NCBI GenBank assembly: GCA_017743605.1
Contig: JAGHYO010000001.1
Coordinates: 1-38,460, forward strand
From: Thermoflexus sp.
Lineage (GTDB): Bacteria > Chloroflexota > Anaerolineae > Thermoflexales > Thermoflexaceae
DNA: 38,460 nucleotides
Direction: 5' to 3'
This document shows positions 17,518-26,314 of this stretch, in pieces. Position numbers and translations under genes: made by a program. The notes beneath the pieces are model-generated. The model had not been told where the DNA came from and ran no database searches. It saw nothing but the letters and a program-made list of their open reading frames with translations. Position 1 is the first letter of the stretch. Each line of letters opens with the position of its first letter.

Positions 17518-20086
17518 CTCCTACCTCCATCGGCAACGCCACCGGAAGCCCCTCTAAGACGCCCGTCCGCCCCACTCGGGAGGTCGGGACCAGGATCACC
17601 CCGGCCGGAACCGTGGTATCTGGCTCCACCCGGAGCGGGACGCTACCCCCGTTCACCGGCAGGCGGACCAGTTGTCCGTCCCGCAGGCCCAGCCGCCCTG
17701 CCGTCTCCGGATGCATCCGCGCTGTCCGGGGGACCACCCGGTTCCGCAGATGTGGCGTGCGCGCGATCAGCGTCCCCTCGTCGTAAAGCCGGCGGACCGG
17801 CACCACGAGCACAGCATCTTCGGAGGGAACGGTAGGGGTCTTCCAGGCCAGCGGCCAGCAGGCCTGAGGGGACTCTGCCTCGGCCGGCCAGACCCGGCCC
17901 AGCCCCTCTGTGTTCGGACGCGCCGTCCCGCCAAAGTAAAGATCCCGCGAGGTGCCCACCGGGGGCCACTGGGGCCGGGTCCATGCCAGGGCCCTGTAAT
18001 CCATCCCGGCATAGCGGGGGACGGTGCGGGCGATTTCATCCATCACGGCCTCTGGGGTGAGGTAAAGCCAGCCTGCGCCCAGCCGGCGGGCCAGGGCGGT
18101 GAAGATCTCCCAGTCCGCCCGGGCCTCCCCCTGCGCCGGGACGGCCTTGTAGAACCGCTGCACCCGACGCTCCGCGCTGGTGAAGGTGCCGTCTCGCTCG
18201 GCCCAGGATTGCGCTGGGAGCACTACATCGGCAAGGCGGGCCGTCTCGGTGAGGAAGAGATCTTGCACGACCAGGAAGCCCGCGCGCGGCATCGGCCGGC
18301 CATCCCCCAGGGGATCCGCGCCGACCACGTAAAGAAAGGGCACCTCCTTCGGGAGAGGACGTGCGCCGATGAAGTCGAGGGCCCCCTGGGTGTTGCCGTG
18401 GGGCCAGAGGGGCAACAGGCCGTTCTGGGCCCGGCCCACATGCCTGGTCAACGCCAGCAGATCGGCTGCCAGCCCGATGAAGGCCTCCTCGTCGAGAACC
18501 CCCTCCCGCCCGAATAGGAACACCACGTCCTGCGCTTCTGCCACCGCCCGGGCAAAGGCCTGTAGGGCCTCCTGCGGGACGCCGCTCCGTCGGCACACGG
18601 CGTCCAGCGGGTATCCGGTCACCGCCTCCCGCAGGGCCTCCATCTCCTCCAGGCGAGACCGCGCCTCAGGGGCGATGCGGTTCTCCTCGAAGAGCACCCG
18701 AAGCGCCCCGACGAGGATCAGCGCCTCGGTCCCATATCGATAGCGAAGGATGGGATCCGCGTAGCGCTCGGCCTTCTGAGGGCGGCCGCCGACCACGATC
18801 AGGCGGGCCCCGCGGCGCACCGCTCCCCGGATCCGCAGGAACCAAACCGGAGCTTCTTCCTCCAGGTCTCCCGCCATCACCACGATCAGGCTCCCGGGGC
18901 CCATCCGCCCGAAGTCCGTGCCCACCCCTGCGCCGTAGCGGGCCACCCACTCCCCGCCAGCGATCGGCGGATCCATCGTGATCCAGGAGGAACCTAGCAC
19001 CTCCGCGAACAGCCGGCGGAACAGGTAGAGATCCTCGTTGGGCAGGCGATCTCCGATGATCCCGGCTGCCTGGGCCCCCGCCTGCCGTATGGCGTCCGCC
19101 ACGCGCGCCAGGGCCTCCTCCCAAGAGGCGGGGACCAGCTCGCCGTTCCGCCGCACCAGGGGCTGGCGGAGGCGGTCCTCCGCAGTGGCGAAGTGATGGA
19201 CAAATCGGCCCTTGTCGCAGATCCAGATCTCGTTGACCTCCTCATGTTGGCGCGGCATCACCCGCAAGATGTCCAAACCGCCCTTGCGGGCCGAGACCCG
19301 GACGCTCAAGGCGATGTTGCAGCCCACCGGGCAGTGCGGGCAAACGCTGGGGATGGACATCACCTCCCAGGGCCGGGCGCGGAACCGGAAATCGGTGGTG
19401 GTCAGCGCGCCGACCGGACAGATGTCCGTCGTGTTCCCTGAGAAATAGCTGGCGAAGGGAGGATCTGAGAACGTGATGATCTCCATCCCTCGTCCCCGAT
19501 CCGAGAACCCCAGCACTGGGTCGTCGGCGATCTCCTCCTGGAAGCGGATGCATCGACCGCACAGGATGCACCGTTCCCGGTCTAGGATGATCAGGTCGCC
19601 CAGGGGAACCCGCTTCTCCAGATGCATCTTGTCCGAGTAGTCAAAGCGGGACTCCGCGGGGCCGTAGCGCACCGTGAGGTTCTGGAGGGGACACTCCCCG
19701 CCCTTGTCGCAAATCGGGCAATCCAAGGGGTGGCTGGTGAGCAAGAACTCCAGGACTGCCCGCTGGGCCTCCTGAACCTGGGGGGTGTTTGTCCGCACCA
19801 CCATTCCTTCGGTGACGCGGGTGGTGCAGGCGGTCTGGAGCCGAGGCATCCACCGCACCACTGGCCGTCCCTCCTCGTCCCGGACGGGTTGGCAGGTGTT
19901 CGGGTCTATCTGGATCGTCCCGATCTCCACCATGCACATCCGGCACATCCCGGCCGGCTCCAGCTTGGGGTGATAGCAGAACACCGGGATGTCGATCCCG
20001 GCCCGCTTGGCCGCGTCCACCACCAGGGTGCCGGTCGGCACCTCGACCGGTTGATCATCGATCACGATCCGCACCGTTCCGGACAT
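17498..20086 (-). CDS. nuoG: NADH-quinone oxidoreductase subunit G
   Basis: FCYHP..CRMC, HPLDCPICDKGGEC, CILCGRC, CPVGAL, CPHCPVGC..CDKG, followed by a molybdopterin-oxidoreductase-like fold. Confidence 0.96.
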   Translation of the reverse strand: MSGTVRIVIDDQPVEVPTGTLVVDAAKRAGIDIPVFCYHPKLEPAGMCRMCMVEIGTIQIDPNTCQPVRDEEGRPVVRWMPRLQTACTTRVTEGMVVRTNTPQVQEAQRAVLEFLLTSHPLDCPICDKGGECPLQNLTVRYGPAESRFDYSDKMHLEKRVPLGDLIILDRERCILCGRCIRFQEEIADDPVLGFSDRGRGMEIITFSDPPFASYFSGNTTDICPVGALTTTDFRFRARPWEVMSIPSVCPHCPVGCNIALSVRVSARKGGLDILRVMPRQHEEVNEIWICDKGRFVHHFATAEDRLRQPLVRRNGELVPASWEEALARVADAIRQAGAQAAGIIGDRLPNEDLYLFRRLFAEVLGSSWITMDPPIAGGEWVARYGAGVGTDFGRMGPGSLIVVMAGDLEEEAPVWFLRIRGAVRRGARLIVVGGRPQKAERYADPILRYRYGTEALILVGALRVLFEENRIAPEARSRLEEMEALREAVTGYPLDAVCRRSGVPQEALQAFARAVAEAQDVVFLFGREGVLDEEAFIGLAADLLALTRHVGRAQNGLLPLWPHGNTQGALDFIGARPLPKEVPFLYVVGADPLGDGRPMPRAGFLVVQDLFLTETARLADVVLPAQSWAERDGTFTSAERRVQRFYKAVPAQGEARADWEIFTALARRLGAGWLYLTPEAVMDEIARTVPRYAGMDYRALAWTRPQWPPVGTSRDLYFGGTARPNTEGLGRVWPAEAESPQACWPLAWKTPTVPSEDAVLVVPVRRLYDEGTLIARTPHLRNRVVPRTARMHPETAGRLGLRDGQLVRLPVNGGSVPLRVEPDTTVPAGVILVPTSRVGRTGVLEGLPVALPMEVGDGAVSA

Positions 20087-20139
20087 CCTTTATCCCTCAT
20101 CGGCGAGTTCGGAGCGAAGGGGCGCTGCGTCGTGATGTC

Positions 20140-20826
20140 CTATCGTTCCCCGCGTCCTCCAGGACCATTCGGCCTGGAGCGGCGCGCCAACGCCTCCGCC
20201 AGATCGGTGTAGAACCGTCGGAAGTCCTCCGGATCCAGAGGCTTAAGGAGAGGCGGAAGGGTCCGCATCCGTTTCAGTCGCTGATAAATGAAGCCCGCCA
20301 GATAGAACTCCCTCAGTCCCGGATCCTTCTGACGAGCCAGGGCCAACAGGTGATCGAAATCCAAATCTGTCTCCCTCAAAATGAAGTAGAGATCGATGAA
20401 ATCCCGCATCTCGCCGCGGCTCATCAGGGCCGTCACTTTGTTAGCCGCGATGTTTTCCAGGGAATCCACTCGTATTCCCTCCCGCTCCATGTGAGCGCCA
20501 AACCAGGGCCCGGGATCATATACCAGATCCACCTTGAGGGGTGGCTGATCTCCGGACTTGAAAAGGAAGGCGCGACAGAAAAAGGGTGAGCGGCGCTCGA
20601 GATCCACCGTCAACCCTTCCCGACGGGCGATGTCGCTCACCCCACGCTCCACATCGTGCATATCCTCCGGGTTCGGCGTGAAAAGATCCAAATCCTCGCT
20701 GATCCGATGAAACAGATAGAAGACAGCCAGCGCGGTCCCACCGGTCAGCACGAACCCGCGGGAGAGGGGCATGGCAAAGAACGCTTTAAGCACCCTCTCC
20801 TGAAGGGGCGTCAGAAGCGACCTCAT
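20140..20826 (-). CDS. Nucleotidyltransferase toxin, AbiEii/AbiGii (DUF1814, MenT-like) family
   Basis: LTGGTAL..Y..HR.SEDLDLF, KVDLV and NK..A..R...RDFIDLY; ATG at 20826 (MRSLLTPLQ). Confidence 0.88.
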   Translation of the reverse strand: MRSLLTPLQERVLKAFFAMPLSRGFVLTGGTALAVFYLFHRISEDLDLFTPNPEDMHDVERGVSDIARREGLTVDLERRSPFFCRAFLFKSGDQPPLKVDLVYDPGPWFGAHMEREGIRVDSLENIAANKVTALMSRGEMRDFIDLYFILRETDLDFDHLLALARQKDPGLREFYLAGFIYQRLKRMRTLPPLLKPLDPEDFRRFYTDLAEALARRSRPNGPGGRGER

Positions 20827-21073
20827 ATCCCCAGACACGAAGCCCCCATTCCCAGACTTCCCGGAGGTCCAGCGGCCAGATGTAACGGCGGACCACCGGC
20901 CAGTTCGCGGCGATCTCCGCGGGCGTGACATATCGCCAGATCTCCTCGAAGGGAGCCTCGGAGACGATCCGCCCGATGAGCTGGGCCTGCTCCTCCGGAT
21001 CCCCCTCGCGAAGGATTCGCCGGACATCCTCTTCGGTTAGGTCCCCGCTCCACGCGAAAGGCGCCCGAGGCAT
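20786..21073 (-). CDS. Small alpha-helical protein, putative cognate antitoxin
   Basis: 95 aa with a GGAGGG RBS, overlapping the toxin start by 41 nt. The FAW..LTEEDVRRIL..LIGRI..A.FEEIW.Y pattern resembles small ORFs that precede AbiEii-like genes. Confidence 0.65.
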   Translation of the reverse strand: MPRAPFAWSGDLTEEDVRRILREGDPEEQAQLIGRIVSEAPFEEIWRYVTPAEIAANWPVVRRYIWPLDLREVWEWGLRVWGYEVASDAPSGEGA

Positions 21074-21185
21074 TATCCCCTCCAGCCGTCACGCCCGATC
21101 GAAGCGATCGCCATCTACTGCCACGCCCCCTGTCCTTTCCCCACCATGCGTGGCATTCGTGTCCCCCTTCGTAGACAGCCCCCGC

Positions 21186-22475
21186 CTACGCAGGCGCCCC
21201 CACCGGTGTCTCGATGGCCCGCTGGAGGCAGGCCTCATATTCCTTTCGGAAGTGCTTGAGGCTGGAGAGGACCGGGCTGGTGGCGAAGTCCCCTAGCAGG
21301 CAGAGGGTCTTGCCGGCCATCTGGCGGGCGATGCCCTCCAGGAGCTCGACGTCCCTTGGCCGCCCGTGCCCGGCAGCAATTCGTTCGTAGACTCGCCGCA
21401 GCCAGTAGGTCCCCTCCCGGCATGGGGTGCACTTGCCACACGACTCATGCTGGAAGAAGCGGGTCATCTTGTGGGCCGCCCAGACGATGTCCACCGTGTT
21501 GTCCAGGACGATGATGGAAGCCGAGCCCAGTATGGAGCCCGCGGCCTGGACGGACTCGTAATCCAGGGGCGTGTCCAGGGCGGAGGCAGGCAGCATGGGG
21601 GCGGAGGCCCCTGAGGGGAGGATGGCCTTCACAGTGCGCCCTTCCTCCAAGAGGCCCTGCCCGTATTCCTCCCCGAAGATCAGATCCCGGAAGGTGATCT
21701 TGCCCAGCTCCGCCTCGTAGTTTCCCGGCCGGCGCACCCGCCCACTCAAGCAGAAGATCTTGGGGCCCGGGCTCTTTTGTGTCCCTATGGTTCGATACCA
21801 TGCCGCTCCATGGAGGACGATGGGCGGGACATTGGCCAGGGTCTCCACGTTGTTGACCACCGTCGGCTGGCCGTAGAGGCCGTGGGTGGCCGGGAAGGGG
21901 GGGCGCATGCGGGGGTGGCCGATCTTCCCCTCCAGGGACTCCAGGAGGGCGGTCTCCTCCCCGCAGATGTACGCCCCGGCCCCTAAGTGAACGAACATCT
22001 CCACCGAGTAGCCTGTGCCCAGGACGTTGCGGCCGATGAGGCCGGCGGCGTAGGCCTCGGCAATGGCCGCCTCCAGCCGGCGGGCCATCGCACGATACTC
22101 CCCTCGCACGTAGATGTAGACCCGCTCCGCCTGGATGGCGTAGGCGGCCAGGAGGGCCCCTTCGATCAGCTGATGGGGATTCCCCTCTATGATCTCCCGG
22201 TCCTTGAAGGTCCCGGGCTCGGACTCATCGGCGTTGACCACTACATATTTGGGGAAGACGTCTTTCGGCACGAAGGACCACTTGATCCCGGTCGGGAAAC
22301 CTGCTCCGCCTCGCCCCCGCAAGCCCGAGGCCTTCACTTCCTCGATGACCTGCTCTGGGGTCATGGCGGTGAGGGCCTTCCGCCAGGCCTCATAGCCCCC
22401 GTGCCCCATATACACTTCCAACCGGTGCAGATCCGGGATCTCCCGATGTCGCAGCAAGATATAGCGCCCCATCAC
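21186..22475 (-). CDS. nuoF: NADH-quinone oxidoreductase subunit F
   Basis: SGLRGRGGAGFPTG.KW, NADESEPGTFKD, GAGAYICGEETAL, ESCGKCTPCREG. Confidence 0.97.
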   Translation of the reverse strand: MMGRYILLRHREIPDLHRLEVYMGHGGYEAWRKALTAMTPEQVIEEVKASGLRGRGGAGFPTGIKWSFVPKDVFPKYVVVNADESEPGTFKDREIIEGNPHQLIEGALLAAYAIQAERVYIYVRGEYRAMARRLEAAIAEAYAAGLIGRNVLGTGYSVEMFVHLGAGAYICGEETALLESLEGKIGHPRMRPPFPATHGLYGQPTVVNNVETLANVPPIVLHGAAWYRTIGTQKSPGPKIFCLSGRVRRPGNYEAELGKITFRDLIFGEEYGQGLLEEGRTVKAILPSGASAPMLPASALDTPLDYESVQAAGSILGSASIIVLDNTVDIVWAAHKMTRFFQHESCGKCTPCREGTYWLRRVYERIAAGHGRPRDVELLEGIARQMAGKTLCLLGDFATSPVLSSLKHFRKEYEACLQRAIETPVGAPA

Positions 22476-22957
22476 ATCTCACCTCGGGAGAGATTTTCAA
22501 TGATCCGGTCGAAGACTTCTGGCGTCACATTCTCCACGAACTCCAGGTCCACCTGCATCGCCGGTGCCCGATGGCACGCCCCGATGCACATCACCGTCTC
22601 CAGGGTGAACTGGCCATCTCGGGTGGTCTCGCCCGGTTGCACCCCCAAGCGGCGCGTCGCGTGGGCCACCAGGTCCTCTGCGCCCCGCAACGCACAAGGG
22701 AGATCATCGCAAATTTGGATCAGGTGGCGGCCGATCGGGTGATCATAAAAAAGCGTGTAGAAGCCTACCACCTCCCGGACCTCCGTGGGGCTGACCCCGG
22801 TGATCTCCGCCACCTCCCGAATGCTCTCCTCGGTGCAGTAGCCGTGTTCCCGTTGGGCCAGGTAGAGCAGCGGCAGCACTGCCGAGCGCTTGAACGGATA
22901 TTTCGCCAAAATTGCCTCGATCTCCTGCGCGTATTTCTCCCGAAGCATCTCTTCCAC
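22472..22957 (-). CDS. nuoE: NADH-quinone oxidoreductase subunit E
   Basis: CDDLPC...CIGAC [2Fe-2S] ligands and FYT.F. The start may instead be ATG 22948. Confidence 0.96.
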   Translation of the reverse strand: MEEMLREKYAQEIEAILAKYPFKRSAVLPLLYLAQREHGYCTEESIREVAEITGVSPTEVREVVGFYTLFYDHPIGRHLIQICDDLPCALRGAEDLVAHATRRLGVQPGETTRDGQFTLETVMCIGACHRAPAMQVDLEFVENVTPEVFDRIIENLSRGEM

Positions 22958-23020
22958 CTTGATTCAAGGATGGGGAGATCCAGCTTACAGGGGCGCATCC
23001 ATGCGAGGACCTAGCCCTCC

Positions 23021-23629
23021 TCACCATTCAATCCGGTATCGGCAGGACGGCTCCCCGCAGGCGCGGCTTGATTCTTGCACCACTCGGATCGCTTCCACCG
23101 GCCGCTCCAGGACCCAGGCGGTGATGGCCTCCAGCGTGCCGGCAGGGAGATCGCAGCAAGGCTCCGCGCAGCTCAACCCCACGCAGTAAGGACATGAGGG
23201 GTTGTCCCAGTAAACCCAATCCCCTTCCCGCCATATCAGAGGGAAGGTGCCCGTCTCCATGCGGACTATCGCGGCGGCCCGTTGCATAGCGTTGTAAAAC
23301 TCGCTCCCGAGGCGCTTGCAGGACCCAGAGACCAGCCGGGCCAAGTTCGCCAACCAGCTGTAGCTCGGGAGGCCCTGCTGGAAAACCTCATGACCAATCC
23401 GGCGCGGCATCCACTTTCCATCCGGGCCGAAGCGCTCCCGGATCGCCTGGCAGAAGGCGGACATCTCCGCAAAGGTGATCCCGGGATCCGGGCTGGGGGG
23501 CGGCAACGCTTCCTCATACCGTGCCAGCCCGGCCTGGCGCAGCGCATCCCGCCAGGCCTCCGGCCCGATCACGGATCGGGCGGCGCCCAGGATCAGACGG
23601 GCGTAGCGATTGGTGAACTGTCCGCTCAT
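23021..23629 (-). CDS. Stand-alone V4R (4-vinyl reductase-like) small-molecule-binding domain protein
   Basis: N-terminal helical part (LRQAGL..Y...P, FG....RRIG..F) and C-terminal CPYC..PCC..G.LE..E...A.G...C.Y; ATGA overlap with the hydrolase stop. Confidence 0.75.
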   Translation of the reverse strand: MSGQFTNRYARLILGAARSVIGPEAWRDALRQAGLARYEEALPPPSPDPGITFAEMSAFCQAIRERFGPDGKWMPRRIGHEVFQQGLPSYSWLANLARLVSGSCKRLGSEFYNAMQRAAAIVRMETGTFPLIWREGDWVYWDNPSCPYCVGLSCAEPCCDLPAGTLEAITAWVLERPVEAIRVVQESSRACGEPSCRYRIEW

Positions 23630-24453
23630 CGGGCGCCCTCCCCCAGGGCCTGGGCCAGGAAGGACTCCAGCAGCGGCGTCACCACGTCCGGGCGCTCCAG
23701 GTTGGCGATATGCCCGGCCTCCGGGATGACCTCCAGGCGCGCCCCCGGGATCGCCCGGGCCATCCGCTCCGCCTCGTGAGGGGGGCGCGACACGTCGTCG
23801 GCTCCCACGATCACCAGGGTCGGCGCTCGGATCTCCCCTAGCCGCTCCAGCACTGAGGTCCGGTTGAAGATCCCGCGCCCGATGGCCAGGATCCCCGGCA
23901 GGCGCTCAAGCGGGATGGCCGTAAGGGCTGCCTTGAAACGGGCGATCTGCTCCGGATCCCGCTGGACCGTGACCGGCGAAAAGAAGAACGGCACCAGGGC
24001 CTCCAGGAGAGGCGGGGGGAGGGCCCCTGCCTGCTCCACGGCAGCCATCATGGCGAAATAGCGCTGCCGGGATTCCTCCGGCTCTGCCCCTGCATCGGTG
24101 TCCATCAGCACTAGGGCGGCGATGGCCTCCGGGTGGTTCAGCGCCAGGCGCATCCCCCACATCCCGCCTACCGAGAGGCCGACCACCGCGAACCGGGAAA
24201 GCCCCAGGGCTTGGGCGAAAGCCCAAATGTCCTCCGCCAGCTCGTCCACCGAGTAGGGCGAGTGTGGCGGAGGTTCTGAGCGGCCGTGGGCCCAGATCTC
24301 CGGCACCACACACCGGTAGGCCCGCGACAGGACCGCCACCTGGGGCTCCCACATCCGGGCATCCCACAAGTAGCTGTGCCCGAACAGCACCGGGAACCCT
24401 CTCCCGTGCTCCTCGTAGAACATCCGACGCCCTCGCAGGATCATCTCGGGCAT
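23626..24453 (-). CDS. Alpha/beta-fold hydrolase (PcaD/enol-lactonase-like)
   Basis: GHSYLWD..MW, nucleophile elbow GLSVGG, acid (GADD) and His (AGH). Confidence 0.9.
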   Translation of the reverse strand: MPEMILRGRRMFYEEHGRGFPVLFGHSYLWDARMWEPQVAVLSRAYRCVVPEIWAHGRSEPPPHSPYSVDELAEDIWAFAQALGLSRFAVVGLSVGGMWGMRLALNHPEAIAALVLMDTDAGAEPEESRQRYFAMMAAVEQAGALPPPLLEALVPFFFSPVTVQRDPEQIARFKAALTAIPLERLPGILAIGRGIFNRTSVLERLGEIRAPTLVIVGADDVSRPPHEAERMARAIPGARLEVIPEAGHIANLERPDVVTPLLESFLAQALGEGAR

Positions 24454-24475
24454 CCGCGCTCCCCCTTCGAACGCC

Positions 24476-25717
24476 TCACCGGTCGATCTCCCCCAGCACG
24501 ATGTCGATGCTGCCGATGATGGCCACCAGATCGGCCACCAGGCATCCCTTCGCCATGATCGGGAGGGCCTGCAGGTTCACGAAAGAAGGGGCCCGGAAAT
24601 GAACCCGACGAGGCTTCGGCGAGCCGTCGCTGTTGATGTAAACCCCGAACTCCCCGCGCGGGGATTCCACAGCGTGATAGACCTCGCCCGGCGGCGGGCT
24701 GAAGCCCTCCGTCCAAAACTTGAAATGATGGATCAGGGCCTCCATGCTCCAGGCCAGCTCCTCCTTCGGCGGCGGGGTCACCTTGCGGTCTGCGGTGATG
24801 TAAGGGCCCTTTGGGAGACGCCGCAGGGCCTGGTCAATGATGCGCAGGCTCTGGCGCATCTCCTCGAGGCGCACTACGAAGCGGTCATAGACATCCCCGT
24901 TCTCCCCCAGCGGCACATCGAACTCAAAGTGATCATAGGAGGAATACGGCTGGGCTTTGCGAACGTCGTAGTTCACCCCCGAGCCCCGCAGGGAGGAGCC
25001 GGTGACACCCCAGGAGATGGCGTCCTCCGGGGAGATCACGCCCACCCCTTTGGTCCGTCGGAGCCAGAGCGGGTTCTTCTTGAGCAGGCGCTCATACTCA
25101 TTAATCCGCGCCGGCATGAGCTTCAGGAAAGCCCGCACTGCCTCCTCGAACCCCTCGGGGACGTCCCGCCATAGCCCGCCGACCCGGAAATAGGAGACCA
25201 TCATCCGCTGGCCGGAGACCATCTCGAAGATGTCCAGGATCATCTCCCGCTCGCGGAAGCAATACAGGAACACGCTCATCGCCGCGATGTCCAGGGCGTG
25301 GGTCCCCAGCCAGACCAGGTGGCTGGCGATGCGCTGCAGCTCCGTGAGGATGACCCGGACATACTGGGCCCGCAGGGGGACCTCCACTCCCATCAGCTTC
25401 TCGACGGCCATCACGTAGGCCAGGTTGTTGGACATCGAGGAGAGGTAGTCGATGCGGTCCGTGAGCGGGATGATCTTGGTGTAGGTCCTGGACTCGCAGT
25501 GTTTCTCAATGCCGGTGTGGAGATAGCCGATGTCTGGGACCACGGAGACGATGGTCTCCCCGTCCAATTCCACCAACAGGCGCAACACGCCGTGCGTGCT
25601 GGGATGCTGAGGCCCAACGTTGAGGAGGATGGTCTCCCCGCGCAGGGCGCGTTCGGAGACCAGGTGCTTCAGCTGCTCCAGGGTGAACGCCTGAACCTCG
25701 CTTTCCCGCATAGCCAT
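24476..25717 (-). CDS. nuoD: NADH-quinone oxidoreductase subunit D
   Basis: GPQHPSTHGVLR, GYLHTGIEK, ESPRGE, GSIDIVLGEIDR. Confidence 0.98.
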   Translation of the reverse strand: MAMRESEVQAFTLEQLKHLVSERALRGETILLNVGPQHPSTHGVLRLLVELDGETIVSVVPDIGYLHTGIEKHCESRTYTKIIPLTDRIDYLSSMSNNLAYVMAVEKLMGVEVPLRAQYVRVILTELQRIASHLVWLGTHALDIAAMSVFLYCFREREMILDIFEMVSGQRMMVSYFRVGGLWRDVPEGFEEAVRAFLKLMPARINEYERLLKKNPLWLRRTKGVGVISPEDAISWGVTGSSLRGSGVNYDVRKAQPYSSYDHFEFDVPLGENGDVYDRFVVRLEEMRQSLRIIDQALRRLPKGPYITADRKVTPPPKEELAWSMEALIHHFKFWTEGFSPPPGEVYHAVESPRGEFGVYINSDGSPKPRRVHFRAPSFVNLQALPIMAKGCLVADLVAIIGSIDIVLGEIDR

Positions 25718-25726
25718 AGCTGGCCC

Positions 25727-26245
25727 TCATTCCCGTGCGTAAGGTTTACGGGCGTCGATCTCCTGCCAGTTGAAGGAGAACTGAACCGGCTCCACCACCA
25801 GCGGATGATCCCGCCGCAGGGGATGCCCCTCCCAGTCCTCCGGCAACAGGATGCGACGCAGGTCGGGATGGCCTTCGAAGCGGATGCCGAAGAGATCGTA
25901 GACCTCGCGCTCGTGCCAGTTGGCCGTGGGCCAGATCCCGGTCACCGTAGGGACCACCGGGTCCTCCTCCCCCAGGAAGACCTTCACCCGTAGCCGGAGA
26001 TTGCGCGGGAGGGAGTAAAGATGATAATTCACCGCGAAGCGAGGGCGCTCCGGCCAGTAATCCACCGCGCACAGGTCAGACAGAAGATTGAAAGGGCACC
26101 CCGGATCGTCCCGCAGGAAGCGACAGATCTCCACCAAGGCCTCCCGACGGACCACCAGGGTGGTCTCTCCTCGGAACTCGACGACCTCCTGAACGGCCTC
26201 GCTGAACCGCGCGCGCACTCGCTCGATCACCTCGGGGATGGACAC
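25727..26245 (-). CDS. nuoC: NADH-quinone oxidoreductase subunit C
   Basis: ANWHERE.YDLFGI.FEGHPDLRRIL; GTG at 26245 after GAGGAGG. Confidence 0.95.
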   Translation of the reverse strand: MSIPEVIERVRARFSEAVQEVVEFRGETTLVVRREALVEICRFLRDDPGCPFNLLSDLCAVDYWPERPRFAVNYHLYSLPRNLRLRVKVFLGEEDPVVPTVTGIWPTANWHEREVYDLFGIRFEGHPDLRRILLPEDWEGHPLRRDHPLVVEPVQFSFNWQEIDARKPYARE

Positions 26246-26314
26246 CGTCTTCCTCCTCTGCCCAGGATCAGGCAACATCCTGCCTTGGGCCGATGGAAGT
26301 CTCTCAAGCTCCCC

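Noticed and set aside
20087-21185. IS or prophage origin for the TA cassette
   Set aside because: No transposase, integrase, terminal inverted repeats or target-site duplication is visible.
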